The notes under the pieces were generated by a model. That model was given only the letters and a program-made list of their open reading frames with translations, did no database searches and was not told the origin of the DNA. 64,000 bases of DNA from Ostrea edulis (Eukaryota): the NCBI RefSeq assembly GCF_947568905.1, contig NC_079167.1, forward strand, positions 43,400,001 to 43,464,000. Reading direction: 5' to 3'. The translations under genes were made by a program, and so were the position numbers. Positions 35,822-49,196 of the stretch are shown here, piece by piece (position 1 is the stretch's first letter; the number at the start of each line of letters is the position of its first letter).

Positions 35822-36877
35822 GGTAGCTCATTACACTAAAATTTTATTGAATGGCTCGTTAAAACATCTCTTGTGAAGTATGATTTCACCATCGAAAGAG
35901 TGATTCAAGCTCTCAATTATTTTATATGATTTTTTTTGAGATTTTTCCCGGAATGATAAAAAATTAAAGGTGTTTTGTTTGCAAATAAGAGATTCTTGAG
36001 TCCAAATTTTGCTGTGATTTGGTGCATAATAGGAATATCTAATAAAACATGCCTAAATGATTCAGATATAAAAGTTCTATGTTTTTAGAAAAAATATTTA
36101 TGAAAATTGAAAACGTTATTAGTTCATATATTTTTTTAAATCTACGGATAAAATCTTCAAAAAACATGTCAGCTAGAAAAGAGATATATAGAAGAAATAC
36201 ATTATAAAAAGAAATTGAAACGAAATGATCAAATTGTAGCTATAATCACTATACATGTATTCAAAGGAGAGAAAAAAGTACCGACCCCGATCAAAATTGA
36301 TAGAAATTACTAAATTAATCATATTGTTGCTAATTTTATGCACTGTTCATCAAGAAATTTAGTTTCCTGTATAAATTCGTTTAATCTGTAAACCATTTTA
36401 CATCAAGGGAATGTAGTGATCAGGCTTGGTTCAAGTTAGAAAAATCGTTTTAACCATTTCATTTCATTTAAAAAATATATACATGTATATTTCTCTGATA
36501 TATCTCTTTTCTCATTTACATGTTTTTTGAAGATTTTATCCGTAGATTTAAAAAAAATATTAGCAAATAACGTTTTCAATTTTCAAAAATATTTTTTTAT
36601 TTAAAAAATTAGAACGTCTGTCTGAGTCGTTTAGACATGTTTTATTAGGTATTCATATCATTCATCAAATCACAGCAAAATTTGATCTCTTGAGTATCTA
36701 TTTGCAAACAAAGCACCCTTTTTATCATTCCGGGATAAATCACCCCCCAAAAAATATTTATCATATATAATAATTGAGAGCTTGTTTCATTTTTTCGATG
36801 GTGAAATCATACTTCATAAGAGGTGTTTTAACGAGCTCGAGCCATTAAATAATTTTTTTTTAGTGTAATGAGCTAAC
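35822..36877. mobile_element. Foldback, Kolobok-like non-autonomous element
   Basis: TTAA|GGTAGCTCATTACACTA...TAGTGTAATGAGCTAAC|GTAA; degenerate inverted arms of ~400 bp; termini related to 13082-13428. Confidence 0.65.
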
Positions 36878-38470
36878 GTAAGCCAGTAAAGGGCCACAGT
36901 AGGTTGATATTTTTCTCTAGATGTTTAAAGAAATTGTTTATACAGCAGTTTCTATATAAAATACACACTCATGACGAGAGTGAGACTTCACGGAGAACTT
37001 CTAACATTGCACAATGCATATATACTAGTAATATGGATCAGAAGCTTTTTGAAGTTTCTTTTATTCTCATATCGTGTTATTTTGCAATTATTTTGAATAT
37101 GTTAAAGATTACTTGCTATGTCATTGTTCTTGAAATTGTATTCATCGAATTGTTATTGTGTTTTTGTAACTACAGTTTATGTAGAGTCCCTTAATTTTGA
37201 CCAGACAGTGCCAGAAGTGTGCAGCAAGAGTGTGCCGCAACCCTGCCGCAAACTGTGTGCCAGAAGTGTTTGCCGCAACTTTACCGCAAACTGTGTGCTA
37301 GAGAAAAAAAAGTGCATACGAAAAATATATATACTTGCAGCAAATGCGCCGCAACTACTAATAGTTGCAGCAAATTGAATTGCCGCTGGAAGTTTGTAGC
37401 AACTGTGTGCCACATATCCGATACATTTGTATTTTGGTAAGAGTTAAATGAAGTATTAATAGCGTGTCTCTATCTCTCCATATGCTGTATAGAATATCCC
37501 ACAGTTTACATATATCACCATCTGAACACAATGGGAGAAGAATGGACCAGTCTGTGGGTCTGATGTACCAGGGACAGATCACCGACTTCACAATACGGGG
37601 AGTATCGACAAGTCGCTGGACCCGAGACGTCTCTCTGACGCTCTGTGTAGCAGATGGTCAACTGTTTCCACGTGGACACTAGACAAGATATAATCAATCT
37701 TAGAAGTAACAATAGTAGCCTTCAAACGCTTAACAATCTGAAATATAGAAATGTAAAATTCTGTATTGATATAAAAACTCATGATAATGGCAAATTGGTC
37801 CGTAATTGTCCTTTCTATTGCATTCCATTCCATTTAACGGCCCATGTGAATGCTTACGATATAATTTTTTGATAAACGAAGAAGATAAATGACCAAGAAA
37901 TTGAAATTTTCCTGACACGCCTTAATATATAGTATGTATTGAGGATGTCACTGATTGTGGATATGATGAATTATGGCCTCGAGATAAAAGGCCACAATCA
38001 AGAGGCGACCGGTCTAAAACTAATATATAAAGATCCTTGTGTCAATTTCAATGACGTTAAAAAGAAGAGCCTAAGTATAGATTAAACAAACTTTGATTTA
38101 AATTTTATCCGTTTAACATTTATATATTGGATAATAGCTGTGAGTTAGCCCTTCTCCTTTAATTTCACCCACACGTTCGGTTATTTAGTTGTAAATAACT
38201 TTAAAGATCCCGCTGTTTGCTACCAATGCCACAACATTGTCCTAGGCATTAAAGATCTCATCCCGGTAGCCCGTCAGATTTACGATCGAGTTCGCTGCCA
38301 CTTAAATGTCACTGCATTCCATCAGGAAAACCGAACGTCGCAAACACACGTAGTGAACCCCACGATGCTGGTTGATAAAACTCCAAAACAGATTGTCATG
38401 TGCTGTGCTCGTGGGCGATAGACAGAGGACCGGTTTTGACATTTAATGTGAAAAAATTAAAAAACAACTC

Positions 38471-40343
38471 ATGGGATCAATCTCATCCAAGAGAGTAAGT
38501 CCCATCCACGTGGACCTGAACGGCGACTGCCCCAGGACCGGAGCTGAAGAAAAATTTGCCATTGTAGATGAACATGCAAGAAAGGTAATTGTTTGTTTTT
38601 AATGTAGAAATCAAAATATAAAAATAAGATTTTCTTTTAAAAAATCTAGCCAATTGATAAATTCTAATCAGATCGAACGTCAAAGTCATGATCAAGAATT
38701 AGTTTTCTTTTTCATACAGGTGGCCATTGACACATATGTGCAAGTAAATTAATGCTAATCTTGTAATCATAGATTATTTTCTTTCTGGACAAGAAAGACT
38801 TTAAATGAAATTAGATTTAACTTTGCACGTCGCAGATGGGCCTTGTAATACTTTAATACTTTTAAAGAATTTTTTCACAGGCTCCGAAAACGTTGATGAC
38901 GTCAGATGTAGATCTCGTCGCCTATCTTTGCAGAAACACCTCTGATGACGTCAACAAAATACGGGCATTCTATACATGGATTATCACTAATAAAAGGTTA
39001 TGAGATTTTCGTTTCAAATTATCTTAAATAAGATTTAAGGGTGGTTTTGCATTTCTTTTAATTAAATTTCTGTATTTTTTTTCCTCCAGGCAGTTACAAG
39101 CGCTAAGTCGAGACGTGTCAAAAGAAGAGGATGTTTTTGCGAACAAGTTACACGCGCTTTTTAGGTAAGTGAAAAGTTATGCACTACTATAGATGTGTAA
39201 ATTGTTGTGCTGTTACCTACATTATTCCCTCATTTATAAGAATACAAATGAGCTACATGTGATAGTTAATTCTTCTATAACATTATGTCCCATTGGAAAG
39301 CGGACATGAAGTGAAGTTATATAATTTCTTGTAGTGTTGCTGGAATCCAGTCAAAAGTCATTAAAGGTGTTCATAAGGTGCCCACAGAAAACACGAACAC
39401 AAATGCTAGCATCCATGCAGACCACAGTTGGAATGTCGTCAATTTGGCGGGAAAATGGCACGTGCTGGACTGTCATTGTGGTGCAAGCGATATTCTCCTG
39501 GAATCATTCTACTTCCTGCCTGACCCTAGACAATTCATATCCAATCATTTCCCTCTCGACGTTGACCCCTCGTGGCAGTTGTTACAAGAGCCCATCACGC
39601 TTGAAGAGTTTAATCAAGCCCCTGTTGTATCTGAGTTCGCCACGTCACGTGGTGTTCGGGTCGTGTTTCCGAAGACTCGAATTGTAAACGTTCGTCATTC
39701 GTTTGATGTTTCGGTGGATGACATTCACAATGCGTTAACGGATTTCACTGCCGTTCTCTGTTCAGAGGATGGACTATCACACGATGGATTCGTCTTCATC
39801 TCAAGAACCGACATGAACACCTATACGGTCAACGTCAGACCTCCATTTGTCGGCAATTTCCGGCTGACGTTACAAGGTAAACTTTCCATAACGAGGATAG
39901 AACCAATCACAGAATTCATTGTCGTGTGTTCAGCTGTGAAGAAACACATACGAAAGTTTCCAAAGGGGTACGGAACTTGGGGAATCGAGACCAAATTTCC
40001 AGAATTATTCAACAAACTATGTCCCATGCCACAGACATTTCAAGAGGTGAAGGACGGGAGTTTAGACTTCTCTATCTCAACAAAGACTAAGCTCGAGGTC
40101 TACGTGTCTCTCCGGCGGCTGGAAGATGACCAGAACTTGGACGAATACATGAATACAGAGACCAGTCTATCCCTGATCAAACTCAAGTCGCTCCTACCAA
40201 AGAAAGGATTTTATCGAGTATGCGTTTACGTTCGGGGAGCGGATCTACTGTATCCCGTGCTTTACTTACTTGTGGAGAATAAAAAAGTGGCACAATGCCC
40301 CACCCCCTCCGTCGGTTACAGTAATCAAGATATTCTTATCTAA
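38471..40343 (+). CDS. KY/hillarin-like transglutaminase-fold protein (437 aa, 4 exons)
   Basis: Exons 38471-38584, 38881-38996, 39090-39164, 39335-40343 splice in frame; KIRAFYTWI, VAGIQSKVIKG, HSWNVV, WHVLD, FYFLPDPRQFISNHFP, followed by beta-rich KY-type C-terminal repeats. Confidence 0.8.
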
Positions 40344-40789
40344 TTATGACAGCAAACTTGGCTCTTACAACTACCAACTTGGCTTTTTAATTTGGTTTGC
40401 ACACGTGTATGAAATGACCAATATATACATGTATAGGAATCAGACCATGGGACTGTGGAAATCATCTTCTATGTGACGTCAGATTATTAACTCGTAAATG
40501 ATGTAAATAATTCCGTTCTTGCCCTCCAATATAAAATTACTTACACATGCAATCCTTATTTAAATTCAAAAGACAAGGTTATAGGTTAGGTCAGTTGGAG
40601 AGGTTTATTGGTCTCTAAACTTTATGCTGTATATGTTCAAATGTTTATATCTACATTAGATGATGTGTCACAAAGTAATAAAACAATAATGGTCAAAGCA
40701 CGTTGACGTGTCAGGTCAAAATACACGTGTAAATTGCACGCACTCTTTTTTCCAGATAGTAAGAGTTTTTGTCAGTAGAATATTAAAAC

Positions 40790-41207
40790 TCTCAACGACC
40801 TTAAGCTTGTACCTGTTAGTTCATGACTCTACACAACGACCTTAAGCTTGTACCTGTTAGTTCATCACTCTACACAACAACCTTAAGCTTGTACCTGTCA
40901 GTTCATCACTCTACACAACGACCGTAAGCTTGTATCTGTCAGTTCATCACTCTACACAACGACCTTAAGCTTGTACCTGTCAGTTCATCACTCTACACAA
41001 CGACCTTAAGCTTGTACCTGTCAGTTCATCACTCTACACAACGACCTTAAGCTTGTATCTGTCAGTTTATCACTCTACACAACGACCTTAAGCTTGTATC
41101 TGTCAGTTTATCACTCTACACAACGACCTTAAGCTTGTACCTGTCAGTTCATCACTCTACACAACGACCTTAAGATTGTACCTGTCAGTTCATCACTCTA
41201 CACAATT
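40790..41207. repeat. 41-bp minisatellite, ~10 copies
   Basis: Unit ACACAACGACCTTAAGCTTGTACCTGTCAGTTCATCACTCT, contiguous, no spacers. Confidence 0.95.
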
Positions 41208-42150
41208 ACAATTGTAAAGAGTTTGTCTAACGTTGACCGGAAACATTCGGAAAAATCCAGAAATAAACATACTAGAGAATTAGTTGATGGAGTCAGTGAA
41301 GTGTAATTTTAACGTACAGAAGAAAGGATATAGATGTCAGCTCAGATAAAGATGTATCTGTTCACATTCGATAGGATCGACAGACATTGCCAATGTTTTT
41401 CAAAAGGCCTTTGGAATCGGTAACATTTGTTCGCAGGTAGTCTCGCACATTACAATACAGAGCGCCTTATACATCCAACACGAGACACCAATGCATCACA
41501 CTAGTTTTATTTTGCTGCTAATGGAATTCTTCATTCATGTGGGTAAAAATGTCTGCAATACCTTATATAGAGACATGGTCCTAAAGAAAAAATATTGTCT
41601 TCATTAATTAGAATGAAGTGAGATTGATCATCTCGTCTTTCTTCCCTTATCTTTTTATTATTAGACACCATCAGAACGTCAACAAAGGAAGGCTCTGAAC
41701 GCGATGAAACACATTTCATACTCTCAGAAACCTTCTTGACGACGTTTATAGGACAGCTTTCGATATAAGCACCTCGTGTTGAAGGGAATACCGGTGTTGA
41801 CCGTCTCGTTGTGTCCTGTTGTGTTTCAACATCATTCAATGATCTACCTTCCCTGTCCTGCTGCTGTAAATGATCATTGTAATTGTAAGGTTTAAGATAA
41901 CGAACAGTGATCAATCTCATAACTCCTATAAGCATTACAAAACTTAGAATTAAACATGAAATACACTTAAAAATCAAACTGCTACGGTTCTGTGATATTC
42001 AGGACAAGTTCAGATAACGAACAATTATCAAATTCATAAATCCTAAAAGGAATTAAGAATCTAGTACAGCGTATACACGGACCCCTGGAAACACCAGAAA
42101 TGGGATCAGATGCATGCACTGATATCTAATTACTGTATATGCATTTCCTC

Positions 42151-42566
42151 TATGGCGTGTAGAACGTTACACTATTATACTAATCTTGTTATTCATGTTC
42201 GAAAACTTGTAATTTATATTCTAAAGCATATCATTCATATTCGAAAAGTTGTTATTCATATTCAAAAACATGTTATTCTTATTCTAAAACGTGTTATTCA
42301 TATTCAAAAACATGTCATTCTTATTCAATAAATTGTTATTCATATTCTAAACTTTTCATTCATATTCAAAAACATGTGATTCATATTCGATAATCTTATC
42401 ATTCATATTCAAAAACATGTGATTCATATTCGAATATGAATGATAAAATTATCGAATATGAATAACAACTTTTCGAATATGAATGATATGCTTTAGAATA
42501 TAAATTACAAGTTTTCGAATATGAATAACAAGATTAATATAATAGTGCAACGTTTTACACGCCATA
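42151..42566. mobile_element. IS3EU-like non-autonomous element
   Basis: TATGGCGTGT...ACACGCCATA termini, 6-bp TSD TTCCTC (42145-42150, 42567-42572), long inverted arms with ~21-bp subrepeats. Confidence 0.7.
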
Positions 42567-43249
42567 TTCCTCAGTATCTAGTCAGTATATTAAATTACCT
42601 ATAAAAATGTTCATCACCTAATCAGTAATGCAATACAGATGGAGCAATAAAATGTTTCCGATCTGATGCTGGTGTAGTTAATTAAGAAGATCAATACCCA
42701 TGTTCCTTCTGAAACATGATGAGGGGCGCTAGAAACCTTTTCATTACGACCATGCCAGAAAGTGCATTTTTAACATACATATTGAAAGTAGCTATTTTTT
42801 CTTTTCATTGAATAAATAATTTAAGTCTGACATTGGCATCTAAAGAACAGATTTCAATACTACGTGTCTTAAAATGCATCTAGAGAACATCGGTTTGCTC
42901 CTTGAAAATGTGGGCATTGTTTTCATATAATTTTCGTTAATTAGAAGTTAAAGCTGTTGACTGCTGTTCTTGTCTTTACGATATGATGATAAAAACATTT
43001 TCATTAAAAAGCAATACAAAATAGATAGTTGGGCAAACACGGATCCCTGGACACACCAGAGGTGGGATCAGTTGCCTAGGAGGAGTAAGCATCCCCTGTC
43101 GACCGGTCACACCCGCCGTGAGCCCTATATCTGGTGTTACTTCCCGTATCTTAGTGGGTACAGTTGGGGCTCGATGATCCATTTACAATGAAGATCTGTC
43201 TTTTAAAAACAAAGCAACTGAAAACAAACTTCCTGTACAATCCACTCTA

Positions 43250-44975
43250 CATCCTAAACTTTTTGTGTGAAGTATTTTGATATTCTACACTCAAATGCAA
43301 AAAGTTTGTGAGATGCTAAAGAAATGCAACATTCGAGAAGTTCAAAGCAGAGAGATAGTTCAACCTCAATTCTGCGAGAAAAAGGAGGAGAGAAGAGTCA
43401 ATTAGCACCTTAGAGAAAAAAAGAACAGCAATTATTTATTGCAAAGGAGAAGTTTTCCACTGACAAAAGTGAGAAGACTGGCCTGGAGAAAGTTTTTTTT
43501 TCAAAGGTAAAACTCATTTTGGGTTTCGTTTCAAGAAGTAGGTTTGACAGATCAACTGGAGACTCGCCTCCAGTTGCAGAAATTAGCCAAAGTAGGCTGT
43601 CGAATTATTTCTTATCATAGGGAGTGGATGAAAATTACATCCGACGAATGGGTTTTTAAAATAGTCCAAGGACTCAAGCTTGTGTTCTTAAAACATCTTC
43701 CAGCGACTAGAGTAAATATCACAAATGTACAAAATGTTGCTCAGAACAATGTATTTTAGAAGAAATAGAAAGTTTATTAGAAAAACAAGCCATAGAGGCT
43801 GTTCCCAAGACCCAGGAAGGTCAAGGATTTTAGAGCACCTTTTTTGTAGTTCCATAACGAGACGGAGGGTACCGTCCAATTCTCAATTTGAAACCGTTAA
43901 ATGTTTTTCTCCAGAATCAGCAATTCAAAATGGAATCTCTAAAGTCGATAATTCAGATTGGGTTGTAACAATAGACCTAAAGGATGCATATCTACATGTT
44001 CCAATTTATCCAGAGGACAAGAAATACCTTAGATTTTGCATATACAACAGGCATTATCAATTCAGGCGACAGCTCCATGAGTTTTCATAAAACTAATGGG
44101 GGCGATAGGAACGCATCTGAGAAGTCAACAGATCTTCATTTACATGTACTTGGACGATTGGTTTCTGAAAAATGCAGATCGAATGACCTTAATGCACCAA
44201 CTCTGTTATTATTTATGGATTTGGGTCTGGTGATAAATCAATCCTTGAACCAACTCAACCGATTACTTACCTTGGAGCGCTCTTTCTTCTCCATCATGGT
44301 ATGGTCTACCCAAGTTTGGATCGTTTCCACAATCTTTGTGGAATAATTTCAACCATGGTTACGGATTTCTTTATCCCAGCTCATACATTTCTCAGAATCC
44401 TTGGTTTAATGACAACCGGCATAGGCTTGGTCCCCTTTCCAAGACTCCAGATGCGTCAAATTCAATTCTTCCGTTCGTCCCATCGGTGTCCACATTTGGA
44501 CAGCCTGGGTCACAGTTGCAGTTCTTGGTCAAAACTCAAAGGTTAGGAAAGCCATGGAGACCTATCTTCATACCAGAGTTTAACACCTTTGCAACAGACA
44601 TCAGAGACTTGCTTTTGTGTCCATACAGATCACTAAAAATATATCTGGAAAGATCAAAGTCTTCTCGTGGTAATGAAAAGTGTTTGTTTTTAACTTACAA
44701 ATCAGGTATATAAGAACTAGCATCCAAAAATTAAGATCCATATTAAGATGGATTGTGTAAAATTTGTGTATCAACAGAATAGTGAGATCTTATCAAGCAT
44801 ACGCGAGCATGACACTAGACGAATGGCAACTGCATGGGCCCTTTTCAATCAAGCAAACAGTAGAAGAAATTTTACGGACAGCTCATTGGGCAACAGAAAC
44901 CATGCTTACTGCTTTCTACATGAGGGATGTTTCTCAACGAGAAGCTCGTTTTGCCAAGTTTTCAGTCCTTGACTA
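43250..44975 (+). mobile_element. Decayed DIRS1-type tyrosine-recombinase retrotransposon
   Basis: VGCRI...W..ITSDEWV, RPILNLKPLN, IDLKDAYLHVPI, YLDDW, CPYRSLKIYL, HDTRRMAT, AHW...FYMRD across several frames; internal deletions. Confidence 0.85.
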
Positions 44976-45145
44976 TTTAAGATGGGCAACGGGAAAGAAC
45001 AGAAATATAGTACACCTGTTATGGCGAGTCCAATCTTTACTTTTACTATCTATGTAGATAGTTATCGAAATAAAGTATTCCAGCCCAAACTCTGCTACAA
45101 AATTGTGCAAAAGTTGATATTGATGAAAACTGGAGGTTTTAAAGG

Positions 45146-47631
45146 GTGAAATCTTTGTTTCCCAATACCCAAAGACGAAAACGCAGTCATGGACATCGTT
45201 CATATAAAAGACCAAGTATAAATGATGTCACGTTTGATTCACTTTTGCCTTACGTCAACAGACAATTAGGTCCACATCACATTCGTACAAAACTTTACTC
45301 TATTCCATTGAGAGTTTTACACACGTTATTTGAAGAAGCTATGGCTAATCTATACTTGGATTTTTCAACACCTGAATAAAGACTGAACTCTATGATTATG
45401 AATGTTGCCTACCACAGGCTCTATAAACCAGCACGGACCATGGATGATATTCCTTCCAAATCATGCCGCCAGTTCCTTAAGCTCAAATTTACAAACAAAG
45501 GAATAGATGCCGTCAACATAAGCAACATTCTTCGTCATAAAAGGGTTGAGTCGTGTATTCCAACTTATTTCAAGTTCAAGTCTACACCCTGTATTTCCTA
45601 CAGCTATACTTCTACTATTGCATCCAAACTTTTTAATTATAAACAAACTTTGCAGTGCCTAGATATAGACCATCTTATACGTAATCCACCAACATGTTCT
45701 TGTTCTTCATCTTCTTTCAACTATAGTCCAGCTGGACATGTCATTACTGGTGATGTTGATATAGTTGAAAATGAGGACCTCAAATCACTTATTCTTAAAG
45801 GTCCTAAATACAGAGAACCTCGATCTTTTAATTGGCGACAGAACTTCATCTCTATTATGAGTTCTGTCGAAGATTATGCCAGACGATGGGCTAAATATGA
45901 AAAAGAAGAACTTGATACATTGTCAGAATGGGTTAAAAGCATAAGAGGGATATTGAAATCCCGCATTAGACATATGAAAACAAAAGTACGTACCATCTAT
46001 CCTTCTGTGTTTAGTAAACCAGAAGTGATAAAAGAATTAGATAGGTTACATGAGGAATATGTTTTGGTTCCAGCTGACAAAGCAAGTAACAACATTGTCT
46101 TTGTTTGTAAGGCTCATTATTACAACTGTATTTTAAACGAACTTGGCATTAATTCCACTTTTGGTAATCATACTTATACTCCAACTGCCCTTTCAAAATA
46201 TGAAATTCTTCAAAACCATGCTTCAGTTTTAGACACATTTAATATTCCAGTCAGTGGGTCGAATGAATATGAGTTACCGTACCTATACTGGATTCCTAAA
46301 CTACATAAAAACCCTTACAAACAAAGATACATTGCTGGATCCAGTAAGTGCTCTACCAAGCCCCTATCTTTGCTCCTCACGAAAATGTTAACAGCTGTGA
46401 AGGAGAAACTTCAAACTTACTGTGCAACTACATATGCCAGAAGTGGTGTTAATTAAATGTGGATTCTAAAAACTTCTAAAGAACTTTTGGTAAACTTGAA
46501 ATCACAGAATTTTCCCCAAATCAATAACATAAAAACCTATGACTTTTCAACACTATACACGACCATTCCTCACGATAAATTAAAGACTAGACTTTTTGAC
46601 ATCATAGACAGTTTCTTCTTCAACAAAAACGGAAAACGGAAATATTCATATCTAGTGATCAGTCATTCAAAAACTTACTTTGTTAAACACCACTCTGATT
46701 CCACGCACAAGTACTCTGAAGTTAAAATAAAAAATATGCTAGAGTTCCTCATTGACAATATCTTCGTGGTCTTTTGTGATCAGGTCTTCCAACAGTCTGT
46801 TGGAATTCCCATGGGCACGAATTGTGCTCCTTTGTTAGCTGACCTGTTTTTATATTCATATGAAGCAGAATTTATTCAAAAATTTCTACGTGAGAAGAAA
46901 AAATCTCTCGTTGTGGCTTTCAATTCGACTTTTAGATATATCGATGACGTTTTGTCTATTAACAATGATAGCTTTCATTCATATGTCGATTTGATATATC
47001 CCTGTGAGCTCGAAATAAAGGACACCACAGAGTAGTCCACTTCTGCTTCATACTTAGATATTTTATTGAAAGTAGACATTAACGGCAAACTGACAACTCA
47101 ACTGTATGACAAACGGAATGATTTCAGCTTCTCCATCGTCAACTTCCCATATTTGTGTAGCAATATTCCATTATCACCTGCATATGGTGTTTATATATCT
47201 CAACTAATTCGATATGCAAGAGCTTGTTCTGCGTATAGTCAGTTTTTAAATCGAGGTAAGCTACTGACAAACAAGTTGATGGTACAGGGATTTCAACAGT
47301 CTCGATTGAAGTCAGCATTTCGAAAATTCTATGGTCGTTATAACGATCTAGTTCGTCAATACAACCTCGCATTGGGTCAAATGCTGTCTGACGTGTTTCA
47401 TACCGATTGTTAAGCCGTTCTTGGCACACTGATTTTGACTGCGGATAACTCCGTTTACCTGATCAGGATATAGGGCTCACGGCGGGTGTGACCGGTCAAC
47501 AGGGGATGCTTACTCCTCCTAGGCACCTGATCCCACCTCTGGTGTGTCCAGGGGTCCGTGTTTGCCCAACTATCTATATTGTATTATTTATAGGAGTTAT
47601 GAGATTGATCACTGTTCGTTATCTTCACTTT
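45146..47631 (+). mobile_element. Naiad-type Penelope-like retroelement, 5'-truncated
   Basis: One reading frame 45146-47413 with three nonsense codons; RKRSHGHR, CxC linker (TCSC...GHVITGD...KGPKYRE), WIPKLHK, YDFSTLYT, GIPMGT, FRYIDD; no C-terminal endonuclease; ~220-bp 3' UTR. Confidence 0.85.
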
Positions 47632-48685
47632 GCATCTATACTCACCTGCATCATCCTCACAAAACTGAAGCGGGATATCTCGTGAGGATCCGGGTTATAA
47701 TATGTCCTCAGTAGTGTATGCATTATGAAATGAATTTTTGTGATTTTTCTGATGCATGGCAATTTTCTGTAGTTTATGTATGTAATGCATTATGACTATT
47801 GTGATGTATGTATGTATTATAAAATGAGCATTTCAATAAAAGATCTTTAAATCATTTAATAACTTTTAAAGTGATGACTTATAAACGATGCTGATTGGTT
47901 GAAAAATTCGTTTGATTTCTCTGTCAAAATTTCGTTCGGAGTTCATCTGCACTAAGCACGCGGGACTACTTTTCTCTGGAATGCGTCTTCCCTGTTCTAA
48001 TTTAGCGCTATTTATAGAACGGGATTTTCCACACAAGCATTATATATAACGAAATGCATTTGTTTTTCATTGCTATCAAAAATTAGCACAACTAAAGATA
48101 TTAATAAAATACAAATTAATTTAAAGAAACAACATACGTAGGCGATGACGTGGCAGAATAGTCAATTTGATGACGTAGACCACTTACTGGTAGAAGTAGA
48201 CAAATTACACGAGTTCCCGGTATGAATCGTCTGCTTTACGAGATCGATAACATGACGGAGCAAGTGGCGACTTCTGATCTGGTAAATATCAATGAAATTG
48301 AACTGCGTTATATGGGGCTCAGTCAACGAGTGCGTTTTGAACGTTTTCCTCGATATTGAAATGGAGCCGAATTGCATTCCACCGTTCCAACGACACAACC
48401 AGTGTTCAACGTCTCCTCCAACACGATGCAGCATAAATCCAGTCACCACTTGTTATCTTCCTTTATATTTAATTCAGCTTTTAACCATTGCACCTTTAAT
48501 TTGGCGTATAATCCATTTAAATCTGCACAGTAACTGTTCCTGACCTGAACGCACAGCCATGCCCTTTTGTTTTTGTTTTCATTCTTGCCTATATGTATTC
48601 CTACGCGCCATTTCAGAAACGTTAATTCAAGCTTTTTGATGGGAGAAACTATTTGTTTTTCTATCTTAAAAATATAATTAAATGA

Positions 48686-48831
48686 TGAGAAATAAAACTT
48701 ATAATTCTTTGTTTGATGCATGTATCAAACGAAACATTGGACGGGAAACTTTTTCATCATTGATGAAGTTTTCCGTCCAATGTTTCGTTTGATACATGCA
48801 TCAAACAAAGAATTATAAGTTTCATTTCTTA
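48686..48831. mobile_element. 146-bp near-perfect palindromic mini-element
   Basis: T(G)AGAAAT...ATTTCTTA ends as at 16555-16714; ~60-bp arms. Confidence 0.7.
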
Positions 48832-49196
48832 AAAAATGAGGAAAAAACTATGGTATTGTAAATTTTGAGTAGTGATTCCCTTGACATAACAATATTCACC
48901 GGTTGTCAACGAAGAAGTCAGCAATCTTTCTATTATCAACTGCAGAGCACGTAGAATCAGAGTAGTGTTTAACAAAGTAATGTTTTGATATATGAATACT
49001 TCCGTGTTCCATTTTTATAGAAGACGCAGCTATCTGCGATGTCAAAAGAGCCTAGTCTTTAATCTATCGTGAGAAATGGTCGAGTACAGTTTTGAAAAGT
49101 CATACGTTTTGATGCTGTTCATGTACATATTACATAGTAAACTGATTCAGAGGGTTGCAAACTGGAAAAAAATATACCTACACGTCTTCGTCTCTA

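Noticed and set aside
37490-37700. GC-richer segment that looks like an exon
   Set aside because: No frame gives a recognisable motif and no partner exons with compatible phase were found.
40790-41207. CRISPR-like array (41-bp repeats with a palindromic core)
   Set aside because: Units are contiguous with no unique spacers, there are no cas genes, and the context is eukaryotic; it is a minisatellite. The same holds for the 35-, 48- and 56-bp arrays.
41240-41440. Copia RNase H-like remnant (ELVDG..., IANVFQKAF)
   Set aside because: Two short degenerate motifs only, with no LTR or neighbouring domains.
45146-47413. Selenocysteine recoding of the Naiad ORF, as reported for some clam and spider Naiads
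   Set aside because: The in-frame stops are TAA, TAA and TAG, not TGA, and sister copies have sense codons at two of them.
47480-47560. HDV-like ribozyme in the Naiad 3' UTR
   Set aside because: A CUCCUCC loop resembles HDV L3, but the P1 strand is not followed by the GG needed for P1.1 and no J4/2 catalytic C context was found.
48230-48520. Crypton-like C-terminal tail (PVFNVSS...FNHCTFN)
   Set aside because: No recombinase motifs nearby; resemblance is too slight.
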